Positions 25,271-38,710 of a stretch of DNA of 64,000 nt are shown one piece after another; position 1 is the stretch's first letter, and each line of letters begins with the position of its first letter. This stretch comes from Eledone cirrhosa (taxonomy: Eukaryota). Both the position numbers and the translations under genes were made by a program. The stretch spans positions 182,962,001-183,026,000 of the forward strand of contig OZ024741.1 of NCBI GenBank assembly GCA_964016885.1, given 5' to 3'. The notes beneath the pieces are model-generated. The model was not told the DNA's origin and did no database searches. It was given only the letters and a program-made list of their open reading frames with translations.

Positions 25271-26015
25271 CAGACTGAAGATCAATCTCATCTCGCACAC
25301 ACACACATGCAGTCATTCATGTAACTTGGAAAATACTTGTATAAACAAGGTGTGGGTATGTGAGACAGAGAGAGGGGGTGAGTGTGCGCGAAAGTATGTC
25401 GCATTTCAAACTGTTCATTAAGTATTTTAGTAATCATTGCTAAATACATGATTTATGTATCGGTTGCTGGTATGTATATTATATATATACGTAGTTTATA
25501 TGATGTACTTACAAGTAACAGAACAGAAAAGAACTCGAACATGGAACAAGTAGGTTCTTTCTCAGAGACATAACTGAGATAGTTAATAGTTTCGTTATTG
25601 AAACATGAAAAAGAAATAAGTAATTCCGGTCTTAAAATACTTTCAATATTGGTCCGTGTCATGTGAAGGAGCACGACTTAGTGGTTATAGTGTTAGTCTC
25701 ACGATCAAGGTCTCCAAGAGAAAGTGTGCAAATGAGGCCCGAAGCAGGCAAAGATTTTTCTCAAGATGGATGTTGCATGGTTGCTGTGGGGGCTTTCTTA
25801 ATCTTGAGCTCCGGAACAAAATACCAGCTGGACCCATCACTCATAGGCCCTGCTCACGGTCATAAGGTCTTGGTTCGATTGGGTGTTGCGTTGTGTCTTT
25901 GGGCAAGATACTTACTTTCACCTTCCAGGCAGCTTGGGGTCTGGGCAACAGAATGAGTTCCAAGCATTGAAGGATGGACTTTAAAACAATGACTTTCTCG
26001 TTGTAAATACGTTCG

Positions 26016-26270
26016 TTATAAATACTTGCTTATCAAAGGCGCAAAATCCTCGTGGAAACCAAACGTGAGTTCCCTTCCCTTGAATACTTCAATTATTGGT
26101 GCATTATGTATGTTTGAAAATAATGTCAAAAACATCGCCAGTAGTTCATCAAAGTATTTAGTCTCGAATTCACATTCAACATGTGCTCTCGTGGTAAGAT
26201 CCACAAAGTTGCGGGAGTGCGTGACTATTCGCAATTTCTCCTGTTGTGCCAAAATAAGAACTAGAGCTAT
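26016..26270 (-). mobile_element. Merlin/ISXO2-like transposase remnant
   Basis: IVTHSRNFVDLTTRAH resembles the Merlin motif TVNHS.NFVDP.TGAH; no termini found. Confidence 0.5.
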
Positions 26271-27519
26271 ACAGGAATCTAATTGATTTAATCAATTATG
26301 TTCGATCTGATGAAAATAGCAGTTAAATTTATTTCGCCAAACCATACTGTATTGGGGTCGATATAATCGATGTTCCCCTCCTTACAAATTGCTGTCCTTG
26401 TGCTTAAATTAGAAATCATCATTATTTGTCACGTCAACGAAGACTATTTGTGGACTCCTCCGTGCCAATTTCCTAGTAATAAAGTCTTAATTACCCCTCT
26501 CCCGCCATCATTAGGTTCGATCCAACTGCGTGGCATTTTGAATGAGTGAAATTGAGTAGATGAAAAATGTGTGAAAGGAAGCCTATCATATTAAGGATAC
26601 ACGTGTCTGTGGAATACTCAGTCACTTGAAGAAGACATTCCTTTGTTAGTAATCTAGATACATTCCTATGACGCTACTCAATCGGAGACCGCGCTATGTG
26701 GTCATTAGAATTTAGAATAGAGACAGGAAGGTGATATGGGCACAATTGAAAATCACTAAACAGTCGAAAAATCCAGGAAGTTGCTGTTGCACACTTCAAA
26801 CACTTATAACTGTAGATAACCTCATATAATATGTTGTCACACTTTGTGCTCTACCTGTTGTTGTTGGACTCTCGTCGTTTCGAGTTGATTCACAGGAACC
26901 ACCTCCTTCTGAAATTAACGTAAGTGGCTAAGCATTCCACAAACAAAACCTTAACATCGTTCTCAGAGAGATTAGCCTGACAAGGATGGCCTTATATTTT
27001 GCCAGCTGAGTGGACAAGAGCAACGTCTTGCTCAAAGATACAACGCGCAGTCCGATCCGAGAACCGAACTAACGACGCCACGATCATGAGCTGAACACCA
27101 TAACCACAAAGCCACACACGATAATAAATAAAAAGTTTCATTAAGACCTAATATTATTAATGAAATTATGAGCCAAGTTAAATTAATCAACTTGAAATCA
27201 CAGAGCACACAGGTCCATTCAACACCAATTTCGCTAAAAGACATGACTGAAGAAATTGTATCTGAGAAAAAAGGACCAAACTGCGCTTCTTCCACGCACA
27301 TTCGTTGCTTTTTCCAATAATACAGCTAATGTGGTATGCGTTTTCTTGAGTCAAAGCAATTCATTGTAGCAAGATATCATATCTAAAAATAAACCTCTCT
27401 TTCGCCTCACAGTGAGGGCAAAATCTATAGACAGGTGCATGATTTCCTAAATATTAGTAGTGCAGTTTCTGAGGAATTCAATCATAAGAATTCTTTCTGA
27501 TCAATCATAAGAATTCTTT

Positions 27520-28100
27520 CTGATAACATGAGTTCTACAGTAACTTCTTCAAGTTCATTTTGGATGTGCTGATCATCCAACTCCCGCAGCTTTTCAACAG
27601 ATGAAATTTTATTATGAGACTATTTAACTTCACCAAATCTTCCATATCGACATTTTGTTTTCTCCATTCATTGGCTTTTCAAACACCTTTTATTCATCAT
27701 TATGATATGGCAGAGGGTCAGACGCCATGCTTTGCAGCATGGAGTTACGGCCCTTTACGGTCTGAGTTCAAATCCCGCCGAGGTTAACTTTGCCTTTCAT
27801 CCTGGGGGAGGGGGTCGATAAAATAAAGTACCAGTAATGCACTGGGGATAATTGCTGGCCTTGTGCCAAAAGTAGAAACAATTATGATATGGTGGTTTTA
27901 CTGCTAGATTGTTTTAACTCGGAGATTTTTTTTCTTCTTCAACAAGTTGTTTGAAAGACGAAGGCAGTAGGCCTTGATATTAGAAATTATACGCTAATCC
28001 ATTGTGTTTGGTCTTAGATAAACTACTTCGACAAAGATGGAGGTTTGGCGGTCTGCTAAATCATCAACAAACAATGCCATAAGTTAGGTTCTCCGCAATA
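27520..28100 (-). mobile_element. pogo/Tigger-like transposase remnant with nested SINE
   Basis: Degraded frames LFVDDLADR, TMD*RIISNIKAYCLR (cf. QPMDQGVI..FKAYY.R) and SHNKISSVEKLREL. Confidence 0.45.
27711..27880 (+). mobile_element. SINE family A (slightly 5'-truncated)
   Basis: Consensus match; TSD ATTATGATATGG on both sides. Confidence 0.9.
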
Positions 28101-29814
28101 TTTTTTTAGTTGGACAAGAGTATAATGTTTTGTCACTCAGACCTTTTTGTTTGGTTTCTAAATTATATAGGCAGATGCATTTATGATTTTTCTTTTACTG
28201 TTAAAATGACAATGGTGTTGACACCTGAAGCTTAACAACCAAATAAACAAATAACTGGTTCCGACCTTGAAACAAGAAGCAATGTTGTCACCAAGAAAAA
28301 GAACGCTATAGAGAATCAGCAGTAAGCGGAGTTACCGATTAACGTCTATTTCCCATGCTTGCATGGGTTTGACAGGTCAGGTAACCAAGTCTTACGCATA
28401 CGTTCCGTTTTAGGCTTGGTTTCTACAGCTGGATGCCCTTTCTAATGCCAACCAGTTTACAACGCCTATTGTGTGTATTTTTCGTGACACGTTAGAGTGC
28501 CGAATTAAATGCTCTGTAGATATTTGATTCAGATCCCCACACTATTAGTTGAAATCGTGTTGTAGTCAGCTTTCGTCGTTTTAGTGTCGATAAATAAAGT
28601 TTCCGTCTATGGAGGTGGACTCGTAGAATTGTTAGAGTGATGGCTTGAGATATATGTTATGAGTTAAAATACCGCCTCCTGTCACTTGAAAAACGATATC
28701 ACTTAATGCCGACTAAACCTGCGCAATTGTGGGAATCTGTTTGTAGTCGAACAACTAGCTAGAAATAACACCCTGATCTTTCTTATATGACACCATACTG
28801 ACTTTAAAAAATACGGAAGACCACATTGGATAACGTAACCCTAGGTACACTATGACTGAAAAATAAAGATAGGGTTGTTACATCTAGTTGGCAACACATA
28901 AGGATTAAGAAACAACCTCTAGACTAAAATGTGTTAATTTGGGTGGGTGGGGTGACATAATTGAAAGAATTATAGGACAAGTCAAAAACTGGAAACTAAT
29001 ATGTTTAAAACAAAAATAAGCATGTGTTCAATAGTATGTTCAACAAAGGCCATACTAGGTTGTTGTTCAACCCTAACCAACTACGCCCACGATCAAAAAT
29101 ATTTCAGCCATGACCATCTCATTATTTTTTTTTTTATATATATCTTGGACATTATGAAATGAGTAATTCTTTTTTTTTTTTTTTTTAGGACGATAGAGTA
29201 TGATTTGAGGAAAATTTGGATGTTATTTCTGGCAAGATGAACGAGCTCACACATTCTTGCTTATGTTTAACCTCACGACAACCATCATATAGAGTCTACA
29301 TTGTAGACTTATGATTCAAAGGTGTTTCAGCTCTCGCTATCCTGTCTTTTGTTCACGCATATATCTAAGATTATATTATGCAATGCACGTTGCATTTTTA
29401 AGGCGATAATATGTAAGTTAAGGAAGATCTTGCTGCTTTTCTCTCAAGTCGTTCGTACAAGGATAACCTGGATAGAAAGTACCTATGGCTAAACAATAAT
29501 CACCACCCAAAATGTGATGGTACTTGTTTACCCCTAAGTACCTATTTGGGCTTACCTATGACTAAAAACGTTCCAGTCATGACCATCATCTTTCGGTTTA
29601 ATGTGTGCCATACACACACACAAGAGTGTAAGATCTGTGAATTGGCTGCCATTTCAAGCCAGACCAGCGACCACGCAGATTCCCGCGTTGGCTTACAAAC
29701 CAAAATGTTTATGACAAGTTAAGTCAAGCAAAAGTAAGAATTTCTACATGATCGTTCAACCTGTTAGAAATTGCAGCCAAATGGCGTCCTGGAGCAATCA
29801 AAATTATTTATATC

Positions 29815-29992
29815 TAGGGGTGGGGTACTCCAAATAGTTTATAATCATAGGAGGACCATCCATATGCTTTACAACCTGAATATGGCTATCCAAAGGGTTT
29901 ATATATCCAGAGTATGATTTAGAACCAGAATAGGGGTAATCCAAACAGTTTATAACCAAATTAGATTAGCCCAAATGGTTTATGAATAGAAC
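29815..29992. repeat. degenerate minisatellite (about 30 bp)
   Basis: Recurrent (T/C)CCAAA..GTTTAT units at about 29829, 29889, 29940 and 29971. Confidence 0.55.
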
Positions 29993-32859
29993 AATACCCA
30001 CAATGCTACCAATTAGCTATGCGGAACAAAATAATAGTAGCCCAGCTTATATAGTAGAGTGGAAACGAAAAACAGAAGTCAGTATTGCCATGATGATTAA
30101 AATGGAATAAATACCCCCAAAAAATGCTTTGTTCTTTCCTCCTAACAACAAAAAGTAATCAAAACACGGCGTGTACGTATACACACATACATATGTCTGT
30201 GTGATGTATACGCGAGTGGTGTTTATGCACAATTAATCGAGTTGATATGGATAATAGAAAAAATGTGGAAAATTATTTAATGCAGAGAAAATGTTAAAAG
30301 AAACCTTGATAAAGATTGATTAAAACAACAGGATATACTTTTTCTATTCACCACCCCTCCCCACCCCACAATTTTGAATCTTGTAATAAGGCTAAAGAGC
30401 AACAAGATATGGTGTAATGTAAAAGATAGAAATAGAGTAACAAAAACAACGGAATGAACCTCGGTCGCTGTCGATAAAGAGTGATCCAGTTGCTCGATCA
30501 ACGCAACAGTCTGTTAATGAAATTAATATAAGTGGCTGAGAATTCCACAGATATGTGAAATCTTAACGTAATTTTCAAGGAGATTAAGTATGGCGTCGGA
30601 TGAATTACAAGTATAATCCATCCGACGGACTTCCAATTACATTCCCTCTACCCAAATCCATTCGTAAGACATGGGTCAACTCGAGGCTATTCATGGTACA
30701 TGTCGCGCAGTGGGATTGGATCCGAGAACTAGTTATTGCGAAGTGAACTTCCTAACCGTTCGGCCATGCTGCGCTGACAATGAAAACACTTTATACATAA
30801 ATATCAATAATGTGATAAAAATAGAGTGGATGCAACTAGTATGTTATGTTGTAATATTATAAAAGATGATGCAAGGTGCCAGTTTGGTAGATAACATGTG
30901 ATAGACAAACTGTTTTGAGATCATTACACTGTCTGTATATATTATGTATCGATGTATAATAGTAGACCCCATGGGAATTCTACGTTTTAATTAGAAACAA
31001 CTACTAAGTGTTAAAGATCAATATAACATTTTAAATGTTTTATTTATTATATACATACACATACAAATATTCTAATCGCATGGGATTTAAAAAACACATG
31101 AATTCTGTACATATACTCTTACCATCCCCTTTCCATAAAGACTTGTTACTGCATGAAATTAAAAAGGGAACACCATCGCCGCAGTCTCTCTCTCTCAGTT
31201 ACCATACTCTCCCCAGCATTTTACATAACACACACACCAAATGATGATAGAAAGCTATATGTGAGAGCAATTACATAAGCGCGGTCATGACTGCCAAAAG
31301 GGTTGCTTCCCATCCATATGGGCCCTGGATTCGAGCCCACTACGTACTTTATGCAAATGTCTTCTACTACATACCCGATGAAGGCGCGTGGCCTAGTGGT
31401 GGGTTCGATTCCTGGACCAGGTAGCGCTTTGTGCTCTTTTATGGGAAAGAGGCTTCATTTCGTGTTATTTTCCCTGATAGGATTAGGGCCCTAACATTTA
31501 AAAACACGAGAAATCTATGGGATGCAACCTCGTAAGAGGCCAGCTAAACTTGCATAGGTGTGAGCTGCATATTTCACTTCATTTGTTTTTCTTAATACCA
31601 ACCTGGGTTGTGCAATTTGGTGTGCGCCCCCCGTTATTTTAATGTTCCTTATCCTTTGAAATTGAATAATTGTTGCCACTCTAATTTTCAGTTACTACAG
31701 GCAAGATATCGTGTAGTGTCTTTCGCGCCACGGATATATGAGGGATCTTGTCGAATACATAGAGTTAGGGACTGTAAAAAACAAAAGTAACTTCGCTTTC
31801 CTAAATAACCAAGGTTTCGTTTTAGTGTGGATACTCAACTGGGATTTTTTTTCGGAATACACGTATTTAAAATGAATTTATTTTTAAATATACACGAACG
31901 TTATCTATAGAAAAAAAAACTGGGAGTAGGGTAGTAAAAACGCGAAGTACTCTCACACCAGTCTGAAAATCGGTGATTGTTTATGGTGTAATTGGAGATC
32001 AATATAAGTACTAGAATCGGTTGATGTGGCGATAAAAAAAATGCCCTAGCTCAGTGATTGACACCAGTATAAAATAAAATAATGAATACATTGCATACAC
32101 ACAGGTACCATTGTATCAAATATGTTGTATTACAATGAAAACATTTCTCACGCAATATATAATTGTAAAAGAAATGAATGTACATTATAATACTGTTTCT
32201 TTTTTAATGGCAAAACTTCAATGTACCAATTACTAGGTTTAACAAAAGATCTCAAATGGAACCACTTGCCAATAAGATATCAAAGGAATGTGTTATTTCC
32301 ATTTTCATAAGTGAAAGAGGGATAGACAGATAGACACATAGGAAGAAAGTAAATATGCTGAATAGGGACATAACCATATTGATAAACATAAATACAAGAC
32401 AGACAGGTTTGATAGCTAAGATAGTAAAACAGATCGATAGATATAAGATACAAATGTGATGATGCCCTGTTGTGTGTATAATAGACAGGCTGCCATCCTA
32501 AAGGTTGCTTATGTCTAGACATAAAGGCCATCATCAATATTGGAAAAACGTGTTGACCTAAATGTAAATCCTTTTTGCACATACATTCTTTTTACAGTTT
32601 AGTCAAACGACAGTACTCAGGATCGTTTTTATGTGGGAAGCGGGTATTCGAAAACCAGCGATCTGGACAAAATACTTGCAATGAAATGAGCTCAACTATA
32701 GGCACATAAGAGTCAGTTGGTGGCATTAAGCTGAGCAACGGATTAAGTCTACCACCCGATTTGTACTCAGAACGCAAAGAGCCGGAACATATCACTCCGA
32801 CACGAAACTTTGATTGTCACTTTATTTGAACAACCTTCACTGTCCAGTCGAAGGTTCCA

Positions 32860-33520
32860 AGAGTATAAGAAATTAAAATTTTGCCTATGTCAAATATGGG
32901 TCAGTATTGGTCCAGGTTAGTTACGTTAATTCAGTGTCTTTGGCAGCATTCTAGAAAATGCTATTTCCATCAACCAATAAGCAAATATATAGATGAAACA
33001 GCAACCCCGTTTTCTGGAAAATGAGAAAACATTAGAGTTGTGTTTAGTTTTCTCAATGGCCAAGTCTTCATTAACAAGCTATTAATCTTCATACTGTTCT
33101 GGGGGATATGTTTTTCGATTTGAGCGATGATATCGCTGAAAGTATTTTAGCCTATTGATTTCTTTTTTACTTGTTTGCACGTTTTTATTTTCCTAAAGAG
33201 GGGTTTTATCTATCTTGGGAGCCATAATCTATTCGTTCAAGAGTTGTGATGGGAGGTATGGTTTAAGTTTAGGCTGGTAACCATATCTTCAAAGAACTGC
33301 CAAGACACTTTGATGTGATTTGCATAAGATTAATCAACAAGTGATAGGTCATGTATAATTGCACCCTAATTTGCTTTGTGCAGATCCATATTGCAGAATA
33401 GGTGTACTGGATTAAGTAAACTTAGGGTAAATTTTTGATGTTGCAAACTGAAGTTACAGGGTACGCCTTGGAGTGAGAGTTGAATTTTCCATCGTGTTAG
33501 GTCCAAAACAAGCACGAATC
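32860..33520 (-). mobile_element. possible highly degraded Penelope-like RT fragment
   Basis: Weak motif echoes in the expected order: LHK...PI, FEDMVTSL (cf. FDV.SLY), F.F...Q.TGL/GVA. Many stops and frameshifts. Confidence 0.3.
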
Positions 33521-35808
33521 AAGATAGAAAAAAAAGTTGCCCATAAAATTGCTAAGTGTCTCTACTGCTGCTTTCTCTGAAGTTGAGATACAAATACTTG
33601 GTTTCAAAGAATGTGTAAACCAATAAACACAGTGAAGTTTGAAGTCACTCATCTTTAATGTTTCCAAAGTTGCACTTCATTTTATTGAGATATTCTTGGA
33701 AGCGCGGCAGAGATGTTTGAGGTGACTTGTAGAACCCAAATATAATCAGGTCAATAGTGTTGTTGTGTTTCGACTGGTTCGCTATAACCATTGAAAAATA
33801 AGTTCTTTGCAAGTAAAGAAAACAAAGAGAAATAGCAGTTCTTCCCTTTCTTCAGCCTGTGATATCCACGTGAAAGGTAATAAAGGTTCTAACATTCATC
33901 TCTGCATCTGAGAGGGTGTTGTCAAGTTAGGTCTCACTTAGAATGAAGAATGGGAAAGAGAGATAAATGGAATCTTTCATTTCTTGAGTGTTGGTGGATG
34001 AGCTGACTACATTGTGTCTTTATAGGTTTAGCTGGCACACTATGAGCTTGAATCTCAATGGAAGTTTCTTGGGTGTTTTAATATGGGCCCCAGTCTACTT
34101 GTGGAAAAATAATGGGAAATAAAACATCTTGCTCAAGAAGACCACATGCTACTTGGTTCATGATATTTAAAGAGTACACACCTCACCCACTAAGCCATGT
34201 GCCTTCATTATACATTTAGCAAAAATATCAAAGCTAAGATGTAGGTCTATTTGCACTGTTTCAAGCACCTTGTATTATTGTATTATGCTTACAGTTGTTT
34301 AATTGCAGCATTCAGAGTAGTTGGTGCACTGCACCCAGTGTTTATAGCTAGAATGCTTCTTTGGGTTTCTTTTGCTTGATTAATGACAGAAGTGCTTGCA
34401 TTACCAGATGCGGTTATCTTTGATACCCATGTTGCCACTGAAGGTCTTCTTCATTACTGGGCTGTAAGAAAAAACTGGACGTCGTGCTATGAGAAGAATG
34501 AGCTGGTTTTGCAAGGTTGAAATTTTTGTTGGGATGAAGATACACTAGTGTTATTTTTGTGAATGGTATGGCTTTGGTTAGTAGTGCATTACGCAATTAT
34601 GCATCTAGTTCTTGGGAGATGTATATATATATATAATTAGAGTTTTGTTTTTTTTTTCTTTTTTTGAATTTCTCTTTTCAATGAGTCTAAAATAGGAAAT
34701 ATGGTTAAATTAAACGCTTTAACATTTTCATTTTTCATACACAAAACTTGTGGCCTATTTATTTCAAATGATTGATTTGATGACCATGGTAACAAGTGGA
34801 ACAGCGGACGTAAAATAATCATTTCTACTATAAACACAAAGCCAGCAACCTTTGGGGAGGGGAAAGTAATAATGATATGTGTTTGTATATATATATAATC
34901 ACATATGCTAGAAGGAATAATCGGTGTTGCCTCCCTTATTTCTCTTTTTTTTAATAATGCCCTTAAAGACAATTAATTACAAGGAAACACTATATGAACA
35001 TATTTCAATTATGGAAAAGTCGCTTAAATATATATTATTATATTAACAATTTACTATATACTAGTGGACCCATGACATCAACAATGACAGCAATAGCGTT
35101 GTGAGCCCATACCAAATATATGAATAATCATACAAACTAGGGAATTTGCGTTTTGATAAATTAACGCTTTTCATAAGAGACACCCTATAGTTTATGATAA
35201 TTACTGGTAGGTGGAAATGATATTTTAATAATTTATTTCAAGGATATAATTACATAAATGTTTGGCATACATGTACAAATAAGATACGGGATTAAATGTA
35301 TGAGTAACTTTGGAGAAGTAACTATTTACAGGGACATTGGGAGATTGGAAAGCGAACTTATTGTAACAACATGACTAAGATAGGAAATTCATGGAGTCAC
35401 TGAATCATAAATAAATATAGAAATACACATGGCATATTATTATGGTTGATTGCTATATTAACAATTGTTGAAAAGAAAGAAGAAAAAAAACGAACAGCAA
35501 TGCATTCTAAATACGTTCAGCGCATGCTGGCCCTCTTCTTTATTTAAGTTCCTGAATAAAATATGAAATCTTAAGATTGCACTGAGTATAAAAAGGTGAA
35601 AAAAAAGAGGGGGGGGGGGGCAATGATACGTAAGACAATCATTACAACGAACACAAAGAGGGAAACCATTATCAAAGATTGTTTCTCCAGCTGCGTTAAA
35701 AGATGATAGGCCTGTTTGCTGATTGGGTGGCGGTAGGTAAGTTGGTTGGGCAATTACAGATCGATAAAACATGTTATGTTAAAGACACACACACTATATA
35801 TATATATA

Positions 35809-35993
35809 CATGGTGTCCCCAAAAAATGTACACATACTTCAACAGCATTTTAATAAATATATGTATACATTTTGGGGGGACACCCGATATGTATGTATAT
35901 ATATATATGTGTGTGTGTGTCCCCCAAAAAAATGTACACATACTTCAACAGCATTTTAATAAATATATGCATACATTTTTGGGGGACACCCTG
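35809..35993. mobile_element. two tandem copies of the small Tc1/mariner-type MITE
   Basis: GTGTCCCC-AAAAATGTACACATACTTCAACAGCATTTTAATAAATAT..ATACATTTT-GGGGGACACCC twice (35809-35886, about 35917-35993), separated by TA/TG repeats. Confidence 0.85.
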
Positions 35994-36909
35994 TATATAA
36001 TATATATATATATATTCACCAAACAATTTCTGCAGCAGCAATAAACAAAGACACCACTTTTGACATTGACATACTACCATGACACAAACACGATTGAATA
36101 TATGTCTCAGACACAGACAATCATAAAAATCAAAGATCCCCCAACGTCTAGTGAGAGTCGAGAAAGAGCAGCTAGCATACAGACTTCTATAAAAATAAGA
36201 GTTTCTAGAAGCCAACGGAGAAAGAAATGGCAGTCAAAACTCTCTCAAATCAGACCCTATCGTCTTAAGGCAGAAGAACATTAAATACCGTGGTTATAGA
36301 TATACTATGTCTAAGAATACAAAATATACTGGATGTTCACAGGTCTGCTTGGTGAGAACTGACCTGTAACCAAAGATCTAGTAGTAGTACGGCCTACAAG
36401 AAATAGCAGTTAAATCTTTCCTCAAATCCCTCCCAACCATCACAAAAAAGAAAGATATACTATTAAGTGGACCTCCATCCGTTTCTTCTTTTTTATTTGA
36501 ATGAGTGTTCGAATTGTTAGATCAACGGAACAGCGCACTCGTTGAATTAACGTGTACGTGACTGGATATTCCAGACACGTGTAGCCTCAGGGAAACAGCG
36601 TAAAGGGCTTAATTTTTGAATTACAAGTACATTCGACGAACTGCCAAATGGTTTCCGTCAATCAAATATCATTTACTAGGTAAAAGACAACCCAAGTTGC
36701 CATGCAGTGGGTCGACTCTAAAACCTTATGGTTACAAAGCGAAGTTCTTAACCATTCGGCCATGTTACGTGCACAAGATAAACACAACGGATGGTCTTGG
36801 CTTTTCATCATAAATAGATATGTTTGATCAATAGCTAACATGGCAGTTAAACGTCAACAACTAAAACGTTAAAGTTAGCCCTATTCATTTACAATGATGA
36901 TTTTTTTTT

Positions 36910-37321
36910 CTAACAATGGCACAAGGCCATCAATTTCGAGGGCGGGGAAATCGTTTAAATCAACCCATTACTTGACTGGTACTTTATTTTATTGACACCG
37001 GGTGAAAAACAAAATTGAACGAGGGCGAGAAGTGAGCTGTCAAGTATTGGGGTCGATATACTTAGCCATTTTCTACCTTCAAAATCTGTTAATTTTAGAA
37101 ATTAATGTTGATTTCGCTAAGATTTGAACAAAGAACAATAAGGGACGTAATTTTAAATGATCAGTTTCCCAGTACATGGCTGATATTTTCCTTTACCGAC
37201 GCGGAAATATCATAGGAAAGTCAATATAGGAAGGATATGAACTCAAACGATAAGGGACTTGTAATAAAATTCCGTAATCAACAAGAGTTTTGATGGTTTC
37301 CTCATTAGAAACCAAAGCATC

Positions 37322-37357
<36 letters not shown>

Positions 37358-37836
37358 TATGATGATGATATGTATATTGTAGTAACATTACATTATATAT
37401 GAAAAGGAAAGGAGCCGATCTTTAGATCGGACCAAGGAAACTGTTTCCATTGGTCTTTTAATTGCTGATATTATCTGCCGATCGCAACTCCTGGCAGAGG
37501 CGGCGGGATTTGAACTGAAAAATCACAAAACCGCTACTTGACTGGTACTTGATTTATCGACCCGATAGGCAGTTAACGTCAGCGAGATTTGAACCCAGAG
37601 CGAAGTGAGCCGGAACAAATAGCGAACCATTTAATCCGTCGCCTTAAATATATATATATATATATATATGTGTGTGTATCCCGGGTTCAATCGGGGGTAC
37701 CACAGTAAGGTACTCAATACATAGCAGAGTATAAATGTTTAATATAGAAATGGCTTTTACAGGACTAGAACTGTTTCGAAGGAAATTATCCGATTTCTTT
37801 CGAACGAAACAGCTCTAGTTCTGTAGAAGCCATTCA

Positions 37837-37893
<57 letters not shown>

Positions 37894-38710
37894 TTTATAA
37901 ATAGATAGAAAAGTAGTGTTAATTACAATATACAAGTGTGAATCACTTTTCGACGTAATAATTGTTTTTTAAATCTGAAAATCGAACGTTTTATTTTGGT
38001 AGATTTATATATATATATACACATATTTTCCTTCGGAATTACCTAACACATATTTATATATATATGTCGCTAGATAGATGGATAGATTTGTGTTTTTATC
38101 GACATCAACAAGTAACACAAATATAGACTTTCCATCCTCAATTATTTCTGTATTAAGATTACAGTGGATTACATATCTTAGTATTAATAATTGTTTCGAC
38201 GTTTGGCACAATAGTAATAATGATGATGATGATTTCTAATATAAACATAAGACCTCCAATTTGTGATAGGGATTAGATGAATTACATTGCCTCAAATATT
38301 TGACTGATACTTTATTTCATCGACCTAAGATGAAAAACTTGACTCCGGTGTGATTCGAAATCAGAACGTAAAATACCACGAGGTATTTTCAGTCTATCCA
38401 GCCCCTTGAATAACAAAATAATTATTTCTAATATAAATACGAGACCATACTTTCTGTATTGCAATTCTATTCAAATATTAAAACATTTTTTTAATAAGAA
38501 TATTAAATTAACTTCAGTACTTTTTTCCTGATAATAGATTTTATCGATCCCGTGGAAGAATGAAAGGCAAAAATAGGCCGTGACGAGATTTGAACTCACA
38601 ATATAAAGGAACGCAGATTTCTAATAAAGGCACACGGCGACACGGTTGACAGGTACTTGATTTTATCGACCCTCCACCTCTTTCTCTGAATGGATGAAAA
38701 ACAGATTTGG
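36910..38710 (-). mobile_element. field of old, diverged SINE family A-related fragments
   Basis: Recurrent CACAAGGCC...ACTGGTACTT..TTTATCGAC...GATTTGAAC pieces; further pieces at about 41285-41570. Confidence 0.65.
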